A stretch of 64,000 nucleotides of DNA from Candidatus Eiseniibacteriota bacterium. Its GTDB lineage: Bacteria > Desulfobacterota > Binatia > DP-6. A model generated the notes under the pieces. It saw nothing but the letters and a program-made list of their open reading frames with translations, made no database searches and had not been told where the DNA came from. A program made the translations under genes and the position numbers. The stretch covers positions 43,475-107,474 of the forward strand of contig DATJZY010000107.1 in NCBI GenBank assembly GCA_035577985.1, written 5' to 3'. Positions within the stretch are counted from its first letter, which is position 1, and every line of letters begins with the position of its first letter. This document shows, one piece after another, positions 47,411 through 54,906 of the stretch.

Positions 47411-47722
47411 GGTGGTGCCTGGGTCCCCGTAGGGTGACCCAGCGACGTGTTGATCTGGGTCCGACCTAGGAGGCCACCACCTCACAGATCACCGTAGGGG
47501 ATAACGTCACTGGATCACCTCCTTCCTCTCGGCGAGAACCCCAAGGCAGGTCCAGATCCCCGCCGCCGAGGTGCGACCGCCAGTTGCCGTACCTCGGCCC
47601 CGGTCACCAGCCAACGCCGGCGCTGGAGCCTGTGTCTGCTCCGACCGGGAAGCCATGCTTACACGGTACTCTCGGGGCCCTGGGCTGTCCACCCCGGCGC
47701 GGCGTTCTCGGGCGCGCGGCGG
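47411..47722. other. Highly structured convergent intergenic region with anti-SD/16S-3'-end-like motif, strong minus-strand SD and 14-codon ORF
   Basis: On the plus strand, ggatcacctcctt lies at ~47512-47524. Its reverse complement on the minus strand is GGAAGGAGGTGATCC. A GTG lies 7 nt downstream of that SD and opens a 14-codon ORF (VTLSPTVICEVVAS*, ~47466-47510, minus strand). A 7-bp pairing (ggtggtg 47411-17 with caccacc 47475-81) encloses two hairpins. An upstream cacctcggcg segment could sequester the SD. Confidence 0.3.
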
Positions 47723-48175
47723 CTACTTCGAGCGGGCGAGCGCGACGACGACGCCTGCGCGACCCGCAGGCCGCGTCTCGTCCGCGTCGGGAACGGGTAT
47801 CGCACGTGCCGCAGCGACGAGGAGGTCGTCGACGGCCGAGAGGATCCGGCGGATCCGGCCCCACATGGTTGCCGCGGCGAGGTCGTCCTCGATCACGAAC
47901 TCGCCGTCGAGGACCTCGAGCGACCGCTCGAGGGCACGCGCCTCGTCGGCCGCGAGTCCCTCCGGCCGCAGCGTCTGCGAGCCGTAGTGGCGCGCGATCT
48001 CCTCGATGCACGCGATGCGCTGCGAGAGCTGTCCTATCGCGACGCCGAGGGCGTAGCGGTGGCGCTCCACGGCCGCCCCGTCGGCGATGCCGGACCAGAA
48101 GTGTTCTTCGAGATCCGCGTGCAGGCCCCGCAGGCAGTCGAGCTGGTGGTCGAGGTCGAGGGTGGGCAGTGCCAT
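47723..48175 (-). CDS. Hypothetical protein (150 aa)
   Basis: The ORF looks like a helical, acidic protein (MALPTLDLDHQLDCLRGLHADLEEHFW...). No confident family was assigned. Confidence 0.45.
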   Translation of the reverse strand: MALPTLDLDHQLDCLRGLHADLEEHFWSGIADGAAVERHRYALGVAIGQLSQRIACIEEIARHYGSQTLRPEGLAADEARALERSLEVLDGEFVIEDDLAAATMWGRIRRILSAVDDLLVAAARAIPVPDADETRPAGRAGVVVALARSK

Positions 48176-48281
48176 GCCTCATCCTACCAGCAACGAGCGT
48201 GCCGCAAACGCCCCGCGAAGCTGCGTCGGAATGTCGTGCGGTCGTCCAATCGAGCGGAACAACGTCCAAGATTTCGGACGT

Positions 48282-49268
48282 TCAGGACGTAGGGACGATG
48301 GTAGCCAGGCGATCCCGCGCCGCCTCGACGATGCCCCCGAGGTCGGTCGCGCAGATGGGGGGCAGCTTGCCGGTGTTGCCGGCCTTGGTCACCAGCCTGC
48401 TCGCTTTGGCGAGCTTTGCCGCCGCTTTCTTCAGCAGCCGTGCTACCTGCCGGTCGACGGTCGTCGACTGCGCACGTGCGAGGAGGTCGTCGCCGGAGGC
48501 CACGAGCCGGGGGATCTTCTTCGGGAACTTCACCCCCGCGCACGACGCGGGCGGGAGCTGCGCGAGCACGCAGCGCGCCCCGTCCAGTCCCGGAAGGGCA
48601 CAGGGCAGGGTCGTGGTGGTGGTCGTCGTCGGGCCGCTCCCCGGCGTGGTCGTGGTCGTCGTGGTCGGCACGATCGAGTTGGGGATGGGGTTCGGATCGA
48701 CCACCTCGAAGTCGTCCGCACCGACGCCGGTGTCGTCGGCGAAGTCGAGGAGACCGGTGTTGCCGCGGTCGATCCGCCGGCGGATCGCCTTGCCGTCCGG
48801 GATTCCGGACGAGGCCGCCGGTGTGCACACGAGCGGTTGTCCGTTCGAGCAGACACCCGCCGTGTCGCCCGTGTAGTTGCCCCACGAGACGCAGTCGATG
48901 ATGTCGAAGCAGATCTTGCCGCCGCTCGCGACGAACGTCGGCGTGGTGGGGAAGTCGGGCGTCACGCCGAACGCGCTCGCGACGTCCGTCGTACCGACGA
49001 GGATGGTCGCCTGGTTCACGTCGTTCGTGACGTCGGAGGGGAAGGTGAAGCCCGGCAGCGGCGTCCCGGTCGCGTCGTAGAACGTGATCGGATGGCTCGT
49101 GACGTCACCCTGCCCATCGCCGATCAGCTGCAGCATCACATAGAGCGCGGTCGGGTGCGCCGTGGAGCCCGGGAACATCTCGCGGATCTTGATCAGCACG
49201 AAGGCGCCCGCCGGCTGCGCCGTCGCGGCGAGCACGAGCGCGAGGAGTCCGAGCACGGCGGCGCGCAT
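48282..49268 (-). CDS. Secreted or cell-surface hypothetical protein with poly-Thr linker
   Basis: The 328 aa ORF has a signal peptide (MRAAVLGLLALVLAATAQPAGA), a TTTTTTTPGSGPTTTTTTT linker, Cys pairs and a Lys/Ala-rich C-terminus. Confidence 0.6.
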   Translation of the reverse strand: MRAAVLGLLALVLAATAQPAGAFVLIKIREMFPGSTAHPTALYVMLQLIGDGQGDVTSHPITFYDATGTPLPGFTFPSDVTNDVNQATILVGTTDVASAFGVTPDFPTTPTFVASGGKICFDIIDCVSWGNYTGDTAGVCSNGQPLVCTPAASSGIPDGKAIRRRIDRGNTGLLDFADDTGVGADDFEVVDPNPIPNSIVPTTTTTTTPGSGPTTTTTTTLPCALPGLDGARCVLAQLPPASCAGVKFPKKIPRLVASGDDLLARAQSTTVDRQVARLLKKAAAKLAKASRLVTKAGNTGKLPPICATDLGGIVEAARDRLATIVPTS

Positions 49269-49276
49269 GAGCTTCC

Positions 49277-50128
49277 CTAGGCCCTCGCGGTGACGATCCA
49301 GGCCGCCGACGACATGACGACCCCGCGAGGCGTGGCATAGGGCGCGAGCGCCTCCCGCATCGATGCAGCCACCTTGGCGAGCGCATCGGCAGGGGCTTCG
49401 CGAAGGATCGCAGCCGTGGGCCCGAGCTGCAGGACGAACTCCACCGCATCGTCGACGCTGCCGCCGCCGATCTCGACCGTTGGAGTGAAGGCTTCGAACA
49501 CGATGTCACGCAACCCCGCGTCCGAGAGGATCCGCGTCACCCGATCGCGGTCGGCGAACGCGAACGGGCCGGGTGCGCCGGGCGCCGGCGGCGGTGGCAG
49601 CGCGACGTGCTGGGCGGCGGCGCCGATCGGGACGAGCATCCACGGGTTCTCGGTGAGGGCCTGCCAGCACATGAACCCGACCCGGCCGCCGTCGCCGAGC
49701 GCCGCGCGCAGGTTCGCGAACGCGGCCGTCGGGTCGGCGAAGAACATCACCCCGAAACGCGAGAAGACGACGTCGGCTCCCTGGGGCCGAAAGGCGTGTG
49801 TCTGGGCGTCGGCGACGAGAAGCTGGACGTTGCGCACCCCCTCGGCGACGGCGCGATCCCGAGCCCGGGCGAGCATCGGCTCGGAGATGTCGACGCCGAG
49901 CGCGTGCCCCGAGGATCCCACGCGCCCGGCGATCGCGAGGGTGGTGTCGCCGCAGCCGCAGCCGACGTCGATCACCCGCTTGCCCGCGCCGATCCCGACG
50001 GCGTCCATCACCGCCGTCCCGAACGGCGCGAGCATTTGATCGAGCTGGGCCTGGCGGGCGACCCACTTGGGGCCCGACTGGTCGTTCCAGTACGTGATCT
50101 GCTCGGCATTGGGCCCGGTCGCGTCCAT
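49277..50128 (-). CDS. Class I SAM-dependent methyltransferase
   Basis: It has SAM-binding motif I, VIDVGCGCGDTT, and Rossmann-like downstream motifs. Confidence 0.85.
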   Translation of the reverse strand: MDATGPNAEQITYWNDQSGPKWVARQAQLDQMLAPFGTAVMDAVGIGAGKRVIDVGCGCGDTTLAIAGRVGSSGHALGVDISEPMLARARDRAVAEGVRNVQLLVADAQTHAFRPQGADVVFSRFGVMFFADPTAAFANLRAALGDGGRVGFMCWQALTENPWMLVPIGAAAQHVALPPPPAPGAPGPFAFADRDRVTRILSDAGLRDIVFEAFTPTVEIGGGSVDDAVEFVLQLGPTAAILREAPADALAKVAASMREALAPYATPRGVVMSSAAWIVTARA

Positions 50129-50179
50129 CGGCCGAGGACGCTGACACAGCCCGATCCGGGACGCCAGTGTACGAAGGTA

Positions 50180-51559
50180 TCATACGCGGATGCGCTGCCA
50201 GGCCTCGCCGCCCATCCGCCACACCTTGAGACCCGCGCGGACCGCATAGTCCCCGATGAGCACCGCCCAGAGCCACGGGGTGGAAAGGTGAAGCGCGTGC
50301 GTCACGACCCACGCGAAGGCCAGTCGGAATCCGTAGAGCCCGGCGAACAGGGTCGCGAGCGGGTAGCGGGTGTCCCCGGCGCCGCGCAGCGCCCCGCCGA
50401 GCGCGTAGTCGACGGCCATGAGCGGCTGGCAGGCGCCCAGCATGTAGATGAACCAGCGCGTGTCCTCGATCACGAGCGGGTCGTCGACGAAGACGCGCGC
50501 GATCGCGGTCGCGAAGACGAACAGGACGAGGCCTGCCCCGGACATGAGGACGAGACACATCCGGGTCGCCGCCCACGCAGCCTCCTTGGCACGTGCCGGG
50601 TCGCCGGCGCCGAGGTTCTGGCCGACGAGCGCCGCGGCCGCGATCGAGAAGCCGATGCCCGGCAGAAAGGACAGCGCGAGGATGCGCACCCCGATGAAAT
50701 AGGCCGCGACCGCGGCCGTCCCGTACGCGGACGCGAAGACGAGGTAGACCAGGAAGCCGATCTGCATCGCGAGCTGCTCGAGGCCCGCCGGTGCGCCGAT
50801 CCGCGCCAGGCGTCCGATCGTCGCGCGATGGAGGCGAAGGTCCCTGCGCTCGAGCCGCAGGCGCAGGTAGCCGCCGCCGACGAGCGCGAGCCCGATCGCA
50901 GCGCCGAGCGTGAACGCCGTCGTGCTGGCGAGCGCGGATCCGCGCACGCCGAGCGCCGGGAACCCCAGGTGTCCGAAGATGAGCGCCCAGTTCGCGATCA
51001 CGTTGACGACGTTCACGACGAGACCGATGGCGAGCGGCGTGCGCGTGTCCCCGGCGGCGCGAAGCGCGGCGCCGACGACGAACAGCACCGCGCCACCCGG
51101 GATCGAGAGCATGACGAGACGGGTGAAGGCGACACCGAGATCGACTACGGCGGGCGTCACGCCGAAGAGCCGGACCAGGGCGGGCGTCCAGACGATGACC
51201 GGCAGCACCGTCGCCGCGCCCGCCGTCGCCGCCAGCAGCACCGACTGGCCGAGCACGCGCTGGGCGGCGGCGGGCTCGCGCGCCCCCACGTGCCGGGCGA
51301 CGAGCGCGACCGTTCCCGTGCCGATCGCGGTCGTGACGACGCCGACGGCGCCGAGGATCTGCGCGCCGACCCCGACGCCCGCGACCGCGTCGGCGCCGAG
51401 GCGCCCGACCATCAGCATGTCGAAGAGCCCGACGGCCGCCTCCGAGAAGAGAGTGACGATGACCGGCCATGCGAGCGCCCACACCGTGCGGCGCAGCTCC
51501 GCGCGCGGCGTCGCCTCGACATTGCGGGCGCCTGCTGGTCCGGATAGGTCTCGCGCCAT
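50180..51559 (-). CDS. MATE family efflux transporter
   Basis: The track ORF is 50180..51754. The call starts at MARDLSGPAG... (rc ATG 51557-51559), just before the first TM helix (TVWALAWPVIVTLFSEAAVGLFDMLMVGRLG). It encodes 12 TM helices with the MATE pattern. Confidence 0.8.
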   Translation of the reverse strand: MARDLSGPAGARNVEATPRAELRRTVWALAWPVIVTLFSEAAVGLFDMLMVGRLGADAVAGVGVGAQILGAVGVVTTAIGTGTVALVARHVGAREPAAAQRVLGQSVLLAATAGAATVLPVIVWTPALVRLFGVTPAVVDLGVAFTRLVMLSIPGGAVLFVVGAALRAAGDTRTPLAIGLVVNVVNVIANWALIFGHLGFPALGVRGSALASTTAFTLGAAIGLALVGGGYLRLRLERRDLRLHRATIGRLARIGAPAGLEQLAMQIGFLVYLVFASAYGTAAVAAYFIGVRILALSFLPGIGFSIAAAALVGQNLGAGDPARAKEAAWAATRMCLVLMSGAGLVLFVFATAIARVFVDDPLVIEDTRWFIYMLGACQPLMAVDYALGGALRGAGDTRYPLATLFAGLYGFRLAFAWVVTHALHLSTPWLWAVLIGDYAVRAGLKVWRMGGEAWQRIRV

Positions 51560-51911
51560 GGAACGCGTCACCGTGTACCACAACCCGGTCTGTGGGAAGT
51601 CGCGCGGCGCGCTCGATATCCTGCGCGAGCGCGGCGTCGAGCCCGAGGTGGTCGAGTATCTGCGCACGCCGCCCGATCGTGCGACGCTCGAGCGGTTCCT
51701 CGGTCTGCTCGCCGGGCCGCCGGCCGATCTCGTGCGCAAGGACAAGCGCTTCAAGGAGCTCGGGCTCTCTGCGGAGCGCTACGTCACGCGCGACCAGGTG
51801 GTGGCGCTCCTCCTCGAGCATCCCGAGCTCATGGAGCGGCCGGTCGTGATCCGCGGCAGCCGCGCGGTCATCGCGCGCCCGTCCGAGCGCGTGCTCGAGC
51901 TCCTCGACTGA
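51558..51911 (+). CDS. ArsC/Spx-family thioredoxin-fold protein (YffB-like)
   Basis: This is the in-frame tail of track ORF 50910..51911. It begins MERVTVYHNPVCGKSRGALDIL, the classic ArsC-family N-terminus with the catalytic Cys. The protein is 117 aa. Confidence 0.85.
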   Translation: MERVTVYHNPVCGKSRGALDILRERGVEPEVVEYLRTPPDRATLERFLGLLAGPPADLVRKDKRFKELGLSAERYVTRDQVVALLLEHPELMERPVVIRGSRAVIARPSERVLELLD

Positions 51912-51914
51912 CGG

Positions 51915-52160
51915 TCAGCCGTTGCGTGCGCGGGCCGCGAGGATCGCCTGCACGAGCTCTTCGGGAACGTCGTCGCCGACGGCGTCGTGCTCTTCGGTGC
52001 ACACGACCTTGCCGAGACGGATGGTCGCCGCGTAGCCGCGCAGGTACCTCACGCAGTCGGGGCACCGGGCGAGGTGCGCGTCGAACGCGCCGCGCTCGGC
52101 GAGCCCGAGGTCGCCGTCGAGGTAGTCGGCGAGGAAGTCGGTGAACTCGCGGCAGGTCAT
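51915..52160 (-). CDS. zf-HC2 (RsrA/ChrR-like) putative anti-sigma factor, orphan
   Basis: This is the C-terminal 81 aa of the spurious ORF 51915..54101 (MTCREFTDFLADYLDGDLGLAERGAFDAHLARCPDCVRYL). The H/C..C pattern (HLARCPDC) of zf-HC2 anti-sigma N-domains is present. The ATG overlaps the TGA of the upstream GH63-like gene (ATGA). No ECF sigma gene is nearby. Confidence 0.6.
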   Translation of the reverse strand: MTCREFTDFLADYLDGDLGLAERGAFDAHLARCPDCVRYLRGYAATIRLGKVVCTEEHDAVGDDVPEELVQAILAARARNG

Positions 52161-54847
52161 GCCGTCATCCGCGCCCGCGCCACGTCGTCGAGGCAGCGCG
52201 TGACGAGCAGCGTCCAGCCCTGGAAGCGCGCGCCGAGCCCGCGTCCGGTGTCGCCCTGGAAGTACTCGTGGAAGCGCAGGGCGTCGCGCCAGTGGGGATC
52301 GGCCGCGAAGCGGCCGTCGTCGTACGGCCGGCGGCCGTCCGGTCCGGCGACGAACGTGCTCGCGAGCCGGCGCGAGAGCTCGAGCGCCACGTCGCGGAGC
52401 CGCATCATGCGGCCGGAGCCGGTGGGGCACTCGACCTGCAGCGTGTCGCCGTAGAAGTGGTCGTAGCGCTCGAGGGCTTCGAGCAGCAGGTAGTTGATCG
52501 GGAACCACACCGGACCGCGCCAGTTGGAGTTGCCGCCGAACATGCCCGTCGTCGACTCGCCGGGCTCGTAGCCGACGCTGTAGCGCCGTCCGCCGGCCTC
52601 GAAGACGTACGGGTGCGCCTGGTGATGGCGCGACACCGAGCGGATCCCGTGCGGCGAGAAGAATTCGTTCTCGTCGAGCATGTAGCGGAGCACACGCACG
52701 AGGCGCTCGCGCGTGGGCAGGGCGAGCAGGCGGTGGCTCCCGCCGGCGCCGGTCTCGTACATGCACGAGATGGTGTCGGTGAGGTCGGGGCGGTTCGCGA
52801 GGAACCAGTTCATGCGCTTGCGGAAGCCGGGGCAGCGCGCGAGCGTGTCCTCCTCGATCGTCTCGACCGCGATGAGCGGCATCAGGCCCACCATCGAGCG
52901 GATGCGCAGCGGGACGACGGTGCCGGCGGCGTTCAGTTGATCGTAGTAGAAGCCGTCCTCGGGACACCACAGGCCGGTGCCGCCGAGGTCGTTCATCGCG
53001 CGCGCGATGTGGATGAAGTGCTCGAAGAGCTTGGACGCGAGGTCCTCGCACGCGGGATTCGTCTTCGCGAGCTCGAGCGCCATCGACAGCAGCGTCGCGC
53101 AGTAGAAGGCCATCCACGCGGTTCCGTCGGCCTGCTCGAGGTAGCCGCCCGTCGGCAGCGCCTGCGAGCGATCGAAGACGCCGATGTTGTCCATGCCGAG
53201 GAAGCCGCCGCCGAAGACGTGGTTCCCCTCCTGGTCTTTGCGATTCACCCACCAGGTGAAGTTGAGGAGCAGCTTCTGGAAGATGCGCGAGAGGAAGACG
53301 CGATCGCGCGCTCCGCGCTCGCCCGTCATCTTGTAGACGCGCCAGGCGGCCCACGCCTGCACCGGGGGATTCACGTCGCCGAACGCGAACTCGTACGCCG
53401 GGATCTGGCCGCTCGGGTGCGTGTACCACTCGCGCAGCAGCAGTACGAGCTGCGACTTCGCGAAATCGGGATCGACGCGCGCCATCGGCAGCATGTGGAA
53501 GGCGAGGTCCCAGGCGGCGTACCAGGGATACTCCCATTTCTCGGGCATCGAGATGACGTCGCGATTGTAGAGGTGGGTCCAGTCGGCGTTGCGCCCGCGC
53601 CGCCGGGACGCCGGCGGCGGCGGCTGGGCGGGATCGCCGTCCAACCACGCGCGCACGTCGTAGTGGAAGAACTGCCGCGACCACAGGAGCGCGGCGTAGG
53701 CCTGCCGCGCGACGCGGCGCTCGTCGTCGGTGAGCCCGGGGCTCGTGCGACTCGCGTAGAACTCGTCGGCCTCGCGCCGGCGAGCCTCCATGACCTCGTC
53801 GAACGGCCGTCCGAACGCCGCCGCGGTGCTGCCGCCCTGGGCGGTGAGCCGGCAGCGCAGCACGACTTCGCCTCGCGCCGGTACCTCCACGCGATGCAGC
53901 GCGGCTGCCTTGGTGCCCACGCCGGCCGGATTCACGGCGTCGGTCCGGCCGTGGACGACGTAGTCGTGGAACGCGTCCTTCGCGTACGGTGAGCCGTTCG
54001 GCGCTCCGAAGACCCGCTGCGCGTTGGTCTCGTTCTCGGTGAAGAGCCACGCCGCCGGCGCGGGCTCGACGGCGAACCGGTAGCGCCCGAGCGACTCGCA
54101 CTCGGTGACGAGCGTGCGCTCGTCCTGCCGGGCGATGCGACCCTTCGGCCAGTAGCCCTCACCCGTCCGTCCCCACGCCCAGGTGTTGCGCAGCCAGAGC
54201 GTCGGCAGCACGTGGATCGTCGCGGCCTCGGGGCCGCGATTGGCGACGGTGATCCGGATGAGGACGTCCTCGGGCGCGTCCTTGGCGTACTCGACGAACA
54301 CGTCGAAGTAACGGCTCTCGTCGAAGACGCCCGTGTCGGCGAGCTCGTACTCGCGCTCGCCGCGCCCTCGACGCCGATTCTCCTCGACGAGCTGCGCGTA
54401 CGGATAGGCCGCCTGCGGATACTTGTAGAGCGCCTTCGCGTACGAGCAGGTGGGTGTCGCGTCGAGGTAGAAGTAGCATTCCTTCACGTCCTCGCCGTGG
54501 TTGCCCTCGGGGCCGGTGAGCCCGAACAGGCGCTCCTTCAGGATCGGGTCCTTGCCGTTCCAGAGCGCGACGGCGAAGCAGAGGCGGTTCTGTCGGTCGG
54601 TGAGACCGAGCAGCCCGTCCTCGCCCCAGCGATAGACGCGGCTGCGCGCGTGGTCGTGCGGGAAGTAGTCCCAGCACGTGCCGTCGGCCGAGTAGTCCTC
54701 GCGGACCGTGCCCCACTGGCGCTCGGCGAGATACGTTCCCCAGCGCTGCCAGTTCTGCGTGCGCGCCGAGTCTTCGGCGAGACGGCGCGACTCGGCGTCG
54801 ACCGACGGCTGGCTCGTCCAATGGTTGTCGATGGCGGCGTGCGTCAT
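52157..54847 (-). CDS. Glycoside hydrolase, GH63-like (alpha/alpha)6-barrel family (glucosyl-/mannosyl-glycerate hydrolase or 'MGH1-like glucosidase' type)
   Basis: The track ORF is 52157..55711. The call starts at MTHAAIDNHWTSQ (rc ATG 54845-54847). It carries the N-terminal signature ERQWGTVREDYSADGTCWDYFPHDHARSRVYRWGEDGLLG and is ~896 aa. The family assignment is from pattern memory only. Confidence 0.7.
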   Translation of the reverse strand: MTHAAIDNHWTSQPSVDAESRRLAEDSARTQNWQRWGTYLAERQWGTVREDYSADGTCWDYFPHDHARSRVYRWGEDGLLGLTDRQNRLCFAVALWNGKDPILKERLFGLTGPEGNHGEDVKECYFYLDATPTCSYAKALYKYPQAAYPYAQLVEENRRRGRGEREYELADTGVFDESRYFDVFVEYAKDAPEDVLIRITVANRGPEAATIHVLPTLWLRNTWAWGRTGEGYWPKGRIARQDERTLVTECESLGRYRFAVEPAPAAWLFTENETNAQRVFGAPNGSPYAKDAFHDYVVHGRTDAVNPAGVGTKAAALHRVEVPARGEVVLRCRLTAQGGSTAAAFGRPFDEVMEARRREADEFYASRTSPGLTDDERRVARQAYAALLWSRQFFHYDVRAWLDGDPAQPPPPASRRRGRNADWTHLYNRDVISMPEKWEYPWYAAWDLAFHMLPMARVDPDFAKSQLVLLLREWYTHPSGQIPAYEFAFGDVNPPVQAWAAWRVYKMTGERGARDRVFLSRIFQKLLLNFTWWVNRKDQEGNHVFGGGFLGMDNIGVFDRSQALPTGGYLEQADGTAWMAFYCATLLSMALELAKTNPACEDLASKLFEHFIHIARAMNDLGGTGLWCPEDGFYYDQLNAAGTVVPLRIRSMVGLMPLIAVETIEEDTLARCPGFRKRMNWFLANRPDLTDTISCMYETGAGGSHRLLALPTRERLVRVLRYMLDENEFFSPHGIRSVSRHHQAHPYVFEAGGRRYSVGYEPGESTTGMFGGNSNWRGPVWFPINYLLLEALERYDHFYGDTLQVECPTGSGRMMRLRDVALELSRRLASTFVAGPDGRRPYDDGRFAADPHWRDALRFHEYFQGDTGRGLGARFQGWTLLVTRCLDDVARARMTA

Positions 54848-54906
54848 GTCGCGTGGCCCCGTGGGGGCATCCTCCTGCGACCTTCGATGCCGCGTCGGTT
54901 GCTGCG

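Noticed and set aside
47411-47481. A tRNA-like element with a 7-bp ggtggtg/caccacc 'acceptor' pairing
   Set aside because: The internal arms do not fit a cloverleaf. There is a 7-bp stem where a 4-bp D-stem should be, no GTTCRANYC T-loop, and the length is 71 nt with no CCA context. It is more likely part of the larger palindromic structure.
47500-47530. ggatcacctcctt as a 16S rRNA 3' end or rRNA gene fragment
   Set aside because: There is only a 13-nt match to the rRNA terminus and no further rRNA-like sequence upstream. On the opposite strand it reads as a strong SD. It is kept as a finding, but it is not called an rRNA.
47507-47692. A 61-aa minus-strand ORF running through the SD-like region
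   Set aside because: Its composition is low complexity (RGRGTATGGRTSAAG). It is likely a frame artefact, though it overlaps the 14-codon ORF by GTGA.
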